Positions 58,840 to 64,000 of a DNA stretch of 64,000 bases are shown here, in pieces. Source of the stretch: a virus. A program made the position numbers and the translations under genes. The notes under the pieces are model-generated. The model had not been told where the DNA came from. It made no database searches and was given only the letters and a program-made list of their open reading frames with translations. Positions within the stretch are counted from its first letter, which is position 1, and each line of letters begins with the position of its first letter. Where the stretch lies: the IMG/VR virus record IMGVR_UViG_3300021335_000003; one strand, given 5' to 3'.

Positions 58840-60414
58840 ATGGCATATATTGTAAATAGATTTAACGGCACACAACTAACAGTTGTTGAGGACGGCACAA
58901 TTGATCAAACAACAGACATCAAGTTTGTTGGTAGAAATTACAGCGGTTACGGTGAAGTACAGAACGAAAATTATCTACATTTACTAGAAAATTTTAGCGG
59001 AACAACTGCACCTGTAAAAGCATTAGATGGACAAGTTTGGTACGATGCAAGTACAACCAAATTAAAATTTTACACAGGTAGTGCATGGAAAACAGCAGGC
59101 GGTACTGAAGTAAGTGCAACTGAACCAGTTGGCCTAGATGAAGGCGACCTTTGGTGGTCAAGCACAAGTAATCAGTTGTATGGTAAAACTGCCGGTGGTG
59201 AATTTATTCTTGTTGGTCCTCAGAGTGCTGGTAGTGGTACTACACAAATGCTTAGTGTTAATGTATTATCAGCACCAGATAACATAGAAAAAACTATTAT
59301 TGTTGCTTTAATTAATGATGTTGCCATTTACGTTATATCAAATGAAGAATTTACTCTTGCTACAACTCAACCTGCCGGAACACCTACACTTACCACAAGA
59401 TTTAATACAATCAAACGTGGTATTACTTTTATGAATACTCCAGCAGATGGTATTACAGAAAATGAAGAAGATATTGACGTATCTGGTTTAAGTAATGAAC
59501 CTATTATTTGGGGAACATCAAGCAACTCACTGAAACTAGGCGGATTTTCAGCTAATGATTTTATTGGTGCAGGAAATTTAAATTTTATTCCATCACAAGA
59601 TGCTGCTGCCGCTAAAGTACAATTTGCAGATATAGGTGTTACTATTGGAGATACAGACGATTTACTTCTTCATGTTCCGGACAGTGAAACACCGATTATT
59701 GCTAACCAAATTTCTAGTAAATTAAGATTTGCTGCAAAACTAAGCGGTGGTGGAGTGCAAAATATTTTACGCTTACAAGCTCAAGACACATTAAATCCTA
59801 TTTCTGGTATGTATCCAGAAACAACTGACGTATTTAATATTGGTAGTTCGACTGAAAGATTTGCAGAAATTCATGCTGCATCTTTTGTAGGTACTGCTAC
59901 TAAAGCAGGAACAGTTGATGTGGGCGGAACTGGCAGAAGTGCAAGTACAGCAGCATCACCAAATACTATTGCTGCAAGAGATAGCAATGGCGATTTGACA
60001 GCACGTTTCTTTAACGGAACTGCTACACAGGCACAGTATGCAGACTTAGCTGAAAAATACACTACCGAAATTGAACATCCGGTAGGAACTGTTATGACTG
60101 TATCCGCACAAAGATTTGTAGAAGAAGCAGATGTAAGTGCAGAAACAAGACCGTGTAGATCAAGTGATTTAGCAATTGGTGTTATCAGTGAAAATCCAGC
60201 ATACTTAATGAATGCAGATATTGACGGACAAGCTATTGCATTGAAAGGTCGTGTTCCAGTAAGATGCACAGGTATTGTTGAAAAAGGCACTCCTGTATAT
60301 GCATGGGAAGATGGCGTATGTACAACAACTGCAACTAGAGCACTTGTTGGTATTGCGTTAGAAACAAATACAAATCCAGAAGAAAAATTAGTAGAGTGTG
60401 TGCTGAAAGTATAA
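58840..60414 (+). CDS. Tail fibre-like protein with a probable C-terminal intramolecular-chaperone-like domain
   Basis: Same N-terminal module; ATQAQYADLAEKY, GV.SENPAYLMN, IALKGRVP. Confidence 0.75.
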   Translation: MAYIVNRFNGTQLTVVEDGTIDQTTDIKFVGRNYSGYGEVQNENYLHLLENFSGTTAPVKALDGQVWYDASTTKLKFYTGSAWKTAGGTEVSATEPVGLDEGDLWWSSTSNQLYGKTAGGEFILVGPQSAGSGTTQMLSVNVLSAPDNIEKTIIVALINDVAIYVISNEEFTLATTQPAGTPTLTTRFNTIKRGITFMNTPADGITENEEDIDVSGLSNEPIIWGTSSNSLKLGGFSANDFIGAGNLNFIPSQDAAAAKVQFADIGVTIGDTDDLLLHVPDSETPIIANQISSKLRFAAKLSGGGVQNILRLQAQDTLNPISGMYPETTDVFNIGSSTERFAEIHAASFVGTATKAGTVDVGGTGRSASTAASPNTIAARDSNGDLTARFFNGTATQAQYADLAEKYTTEIEHPVGTVMTVSAQRFVEEADVSAETRPCRSSDLAIGVISENPAYLMNADIDGQAIALKGRVPVRCTGIVEKGTPVYAWEDGVCTTTATRALVGIALETNTNPEEKLVECVLKV

Positions 60415-60435
60415 GTACTATAACGGAGATTAAGT

Positions 60436-61338
60436 ATGCCAGAAATAGTTTCAGCAGCAAGATACAATGAATTACAAGGTCGAATATCGGGTTTATTAGG
60501 AGTAGGAAACAGAGACAAAGGGTACAATCAGATAGTATCTTCTACAGGACAACCTTCTGAGACAGTGGTTCTTGCGTCACATATGAATTCTTTATACACT
60601 GACTTTGAAAAAGTTTATGTGCATATCAATGGAACAACTCCAACAACTATTTCTACTGTAACTAGCGACGATGATATAGAAGAAGTATTGTATGCTGCCT
60701 ATGAATCATTAATCACAACATTAGAAAACGATAGGTTTATACTACATCCTACACAAGCAACTGCTGAATCTGCAGGTGTAAATAGTATCAAAAATGGTTC
60801 AGCATCGCCTTGGGGTGGAACTGCAACACCGCAACAAATCAATCATACTATTGATGTTGGTTTTTCTAGTGCTAATGAACGTAGAGCATTTTTTAATGCT
60901 GGAGGACAAATACGTTTTGAAGCAAGTATTGATATTAGTTCAGTAGGCGGTGCCGATTTGGCAAAAAACCAAGCATGGGAAACAATGCTTGATAACAGTG
61001 GGCAAGTTCAGTTTGGTAGAGCTGCAACTGCTACAACTGGAAGCGGTACAGCATATACTATTGGTAACGAAGATTTAACAGATACCTATCAAAAAATATA
61101 TCTTAAAGAAGGCGACCCTAGCGGAACATATGCTGAAAATAATTGGTATGTAGAAGCAAAAAATAAAACAGATTCTACCATTACATTTAATATTGTTTTT
61201 TGGGACTTAGATGTAGGATCAGGCGGAGCCGATGAGTATGTTGCAGGAATTTTAACAAGTAGTGTATCGCATTTGCGAGCCTCAGGTACGTATGTTAGTA
61301 ATGATGCACCAGCATATGTTAAAACTAGCGAGTTATGA
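60436..61338 (+). CDS. Virion structural protein
   Basis: 300 aa; SAARYN.LQ, GY.Q, F.S....RAFFNAGGQIRF. Confidence 0.65.
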   Translation: MPEIVSAARYNELQGRISGLLGVGNRDKGYNQIVSSTGQPSETVVLASHMNSLYTDFEKVYVHINGTTPTTISTVTSDDDIEEVLYAAYESLITTLENDRFILHPTQATAESAGVNSIKNGSASPWGGTATPQQINHTIDVGFSSANERRAFFNAGGQIRFEASIDISSVGGADLAKNQAWETMLDNSGQVQFGRAATATTGSGTAYTIGNEDLTDTYQKIYLKEGDPSGTYAENNWYVEAKNKTDSTITFNIVFWDLDVGSGGADEYVAGILTSSVSHLRASGTYVSNDAPAYVKTSEL

Positions 61339-61367
61339 TTGACAAAGTAAATAAATCATACTATATT
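61339..61367 (+). promoter_or_regulatory. sigma70-like promoter with a late box in its spacer
   Basis: TTGACA-17 nt-TATATT; TAAATA at 61348-61353. Confidence 0.6.
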
Positions 61368-61384
61368 ATAAAAAAGGATATTAA

Positions 61385-62548
61385 ATGGCTCAATTTACTC
61401 CAATATTAGCATCTCATTATAATGCAATTAGAGAACTTGTGGCTGGTAGATTAGGCAGTGTGTCGGTGTATGTAGAGTATCCTAGTTTAACAACACCTTT
61501 AACAACAAGCGGTGGTTACGGAAGAAATTTTACAAGTGACGAAGTTGTAGGAGGAAGTACGCCTGGTGTAAGTGACATTGTTACTGAAGACCAACATTTT
61601 AATTTATGGTTAGATTTACAAGCAGGACATAACCATTGTTATGGAACACTAGCAACAGATATATCACCTACTGAATTTGAAGGTAAAACAACTTATCCTC
61701 TTGATGCCGATCAAAATAATAGAGATTTAATTGCATGGCAGCATAAACTAGATTTGGATACAATCGCCGACACTGTGTTGGCATTTAATCATGCAAGCAC
61801 CGAATTTCCTAGTAGCAGTTTTACAGGAGTAGAGCCATTAGAAACTACAGGCGGTGTTAGTACCAGCAGTACACGAACTACACAGTTTGGAGGTAGCTCT
61901 GATGCTGTAAAAGTAATTAGACATGACGTGACTGTAAATTTTGGTAGTCATAATAATTTAATTTATTATCTAGCAGCTGGTGGTGAAATACTTTTCCAGG
62001 CTAGTGCATCAGGAGGTAGTACAGGCACACCAAATACAAAAGATTGGGATTGGGCTCAAACACTATCAGGTGCTGGAACAGTAAGATTTAGACGTAGAAA
62101 TCAAACCACATGGGAATGTGAAGCTATTTCGCCAGGATCGGGGACTGGTTATAGTAATGCTACCATTGGTAGCGGTTCCACATGGACAAAAGTTTTTGAA
62201 AAATTTGGAGGTTCGACAGTTGGTGCTCCAAATATTGGCGATCCAACAGGTACAACTATATACGATGATAACGTTTTTAGGATATATGCTAGAACCAATA
62301 CTGCATTTGCAAGTGCAACACAATTACAATTTAGAATAGAAGTTGATGATGCCGATTTAGGTACAGGCGGCCAGACTGGGTATCCTGGAGAAACCGATAG
62401 AGGTACTTTGGTTGATGAAAGTGTAACAGCAAATATTACAAGTACAGTATTTACAAAGACACCAAACAGCACATTTGTTTATGACGGTGTAACCTATAAT
62501 GGTATTGTGTTAGAAACTCCAACAGGTGTAAAAAATTCCGACTTTTAA
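61385..62548 (+). CDS. Virion structural protein, paralog of 60436..61338
   Basis: ASHYN, GYG, F.S.....YYLAAGGEILF, K..DW...L...G.V.F shared motifs. Confidence 0.65.
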   Translation: MAQFTPILASHYNAIRELVAGRLGSVSVYVEYPSLTTPLTTSGGYGRNFTSDEVVGGSTPGVSDIVTEDQHFNLWLDLQAGHNHCYGTLATDISPTEFEGKTTYPLDADQNNRDLIAWQHKLDLDTIADTVLAFNHASTEFPSSSFTGVEPLETTGGVSTSSTRTTQFGGSSDAVKVIRHDVTVNFGSHNNLIYYLAAGGEILFQASASGGSTGTPNTKDWDWAQTLSGAGTVRFRRRNQTTWECEAISPGSGTGYSNATIGSGSTWTKVFEKFGGSTVGAPNIGDPTGTTIYDDNVFRIYARTNTAFASATQLQFRIEVDDADLGTGGQTGYPGETDRGTLVDESVTANITSTVFTKTPNSTFVYDGVTYNGIVLETPTGVKNSDF

Positions 62549-62577
62549 TTGACAATCGTAAAAAACTACTATATAAT
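62549..62577 (+). promoter_or_regulatory. Consensus sigma70 promoter
   Basis: TTGACA (62549-62554)-17 nt-TATAAT (62572-62577). Confidence 0.85.
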
Positions 62578-62598
62578 AATACTATATAGGAGAAATAC

Positions 62599-62946
62599 AT
62601 GGACGAACGTCTTCAAAAAGCACTTGATCATAGTAATTACATGGTTACACTTAACAATCAAAAAAGATTGTTAAAAGAACAATATCAAGAAAATTTAGTA
62701 TATTATTTTAACGGCGGGCAGTTCACAGTTACACAAGGATTGGTTAGTTTTTGTCAAAGTTTAGTTAGTCTAAATCAAGACGAAACTATTATAATTGATG
62801 ACAACGATTTGCCTATTGCAGTAGATGATTTAAAAAACTTTTTAAGTGAAATTGTTACCAAATACTTTGAAGCAGCAAATAGTTATCTTGTTGAATACAA
62901 TCAATTAAAGAAAAACAGAACTGTAGAAAGTGTTGTTAATTTATGA
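62599..62946 (+). CDS. Conserved phage hypothetical protein
   Basis: 115 aa, SD AGGAG; MDERL.KAL...NY..TL.NQK, NGG.F, D.N..P motifs. Confidence 0.7.
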   Translation: MDERLQKALDHSNYMVTLNNQKRLLKEQYQENLVYYFNGGQFTVTQGLVSFCQSLVSLNQDETIIIDDNDLPIAVDDLKNFLSEIVTKYFEAANSYLVEYNQLKKNRTVESVVNL

Positions 62947-63776
62947 GCAAAGGTGTATTGTTATTTGCCAATAACAATGGAAGTATTGATTACGTAAAAC
63001 AAGCAGTATATTTGGCAAAACGGATTGAAAAGTATTTACAATTACCTGTTAGTTTAGTTACAAGTAACAAATTAACAAAAGAACAATCAAAGGTATTTGA
63101 CCAAATTATTCCATCTACTTTATCGGTAGCAAAAAGCAGTACTAAGCGTCATTGTGACGGCGATATGTATGATAAAATAACTAAATTTTATAATAACGAT
63201 AGAGCATCTGCATATGATTTAACTCCATATGAACAAACTATTGTTATGGATACAGATTTTATTATATCAAACAACTTATTGAATAATTGTTTTATACAAA
63301 ATAAAAACTTTTTAATTTACAAAGATGCTACGCATGTAGGAATACATACTGGTACTCCTGAATTCCAAAGGGTAAGCGATACTAGTATTGACTTTTACTG
63401 GGCAACAGTGTTCTTTTTTAGAAAATCTCAAGATACACAAATATTTTTTGATTTAATAAAACACATTCATGAAAATTATTTGCATTATCGAAGTATGTAT
63501 CAGTTTAGGACCACTGTGTTTAGAAATGATTTTGCATTTAGTATGGCAATACATATTATGAATGGTTATCAAACTGGCGAATTCGCAGGTACATTGCCTG
63601 GTAAAAAGTTTTATGCTATAGACAAAGATGTGTTAATTGATATAGTAGATGATGAAATTAAAATATTAGTTCAAAAAACAAACAGGTTTGGCGAATATAC
63701 TGCTGTAAAATTAAAAGGTAGTAATTGTCATGTAATGAATAAGTTTAGTTTGGAGAGAATTATTGAAAACAAATAA
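62943..63776 (+). CDS. Glycosyltransferase-like protein (GT-A fold)
   Basis: KG.LLFA.N, VSLVT, FD.II, LTPY.QTI.MDTD (DxD), WATVFFF, RNDFAFS.A. Confidence 0.65.
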   Translation: MSKGVLLFANNNGSIDYVKQAVYLAKRIEKYLQLPVSLVTSNKLTKEQSKVFDQIIPSTLSVAKSSTKRHCDGDMYDKITKFYNNDRASAYDLTPYEQTIVMDTDFIISNNLLNNCFIQNKNFLIYKDATHVGIHTGTPEFQRVSDTSIDFYWATVFFFRKSQDTQIFFDLIKHIHENYLHYRSMYQFRTTVFRNDFAFSMAIHIMNGYQTGEFAGTLPGKKFYAIDKDVLIDIVDDEIKILVQKTNRFGEYTAVKLKGSNCHVMNKFSLERIIENK

Positions 63777-64000
63777 TTTTACAATGCTGGCACAAAATAG
63801 TGATTTTGATTATGTAAGGCAAGCATACCTTGCAGCTATGAGTATCAAGGCAACAAACAATAACAGCAAAATTTGTTTAGTAACAAACGATCCAGTTCCT
63901 ACAAAGTATAAACAAGTATTCGATGACATTGTAGATATCCCTTGGGGCGATCATGCCGAAAATGAAAATTGGAAAGTTAGTAATCGTTGGAAAATTTATC
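63763..64000 (+). CDS. Second glycosyltransferase-like protein, partial; paralog of the preceding gene
   Basis: TTG start after GGAGAG; MKTNNFTMLAQNSDFDYVRQAYLAAMSIK...ICLVTND...FDDIV.IPWGD...NRWKIY, open to the window end. Confidence 0.65.
   Translation, partial: MKTNNFTMLAQNSDFDYVRQAYLAAMSIKATNNNSKICLVTNDPVPTKYKQVFDDIVDIPWGDHAENENWKVSNRWKIY

Noticed and set aside
1-64000. Stop-codon reassignment as seen in some large phages
   Set aside because: Very long ORFs are intact in code 11, and TAA, TGA and TAG (e.g. 24012, 36546) all end genes at sensible boundaries
1-64000. CRISPR array, tRNA genes, integrase or IS elements
   Set aside because: No regularly spaced direct repeats, cloverleafs or recombinase/transposase motifs seen by eye

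Overview
A 64-kb segment of a large, AT-rich, lytic T4-superfamily myovirus (jumbo-phage-like gene set, standard genetic code, probably aquatic). Left half (mostly minus strand): two giant paralogous virion/fibre proteins, small virion proteins, a cold-shock-domain gene and a MetF/MTHFR-like gene, then the head module (gp23, gp22, gp21, acidic core protein, gp20 portal), a tape-measure-like gene facing a gp26/gp51-like pair, a small GIY-YIG protein, a flavin-dependent halogenase, gp46, gp47 and the gp55 late sigma factor. Right half (plus strand): baseplate module (gp48/54-, gp53-, gp27-, gp5-, gp25-, gp6-like genes and a 4587-aa protein), five fibre-like genes and two glycosyltransferase-like genes. 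The strongest unexplained signals are: (1) twelve 140-160-aa repeats in a 2530-aa virion protein carrying a phycobiliprotein-like K-C-x-R-D motif; (2) two ORF-free, highly structured minus-strand ncRNA candidates, one with its own promoter and terminator and one directly after the GIY-YIG gene; (3) a -1 slippery site that could fuse the gp26- and gp51-like ORFs; (4) a recurrent D-S-T motif in virion proteins near phage glycosyltransferases; (5) late-promoter boxes placed to make leaderless mRNAs. All assignments come from motif recognition by eye; no searches were run.
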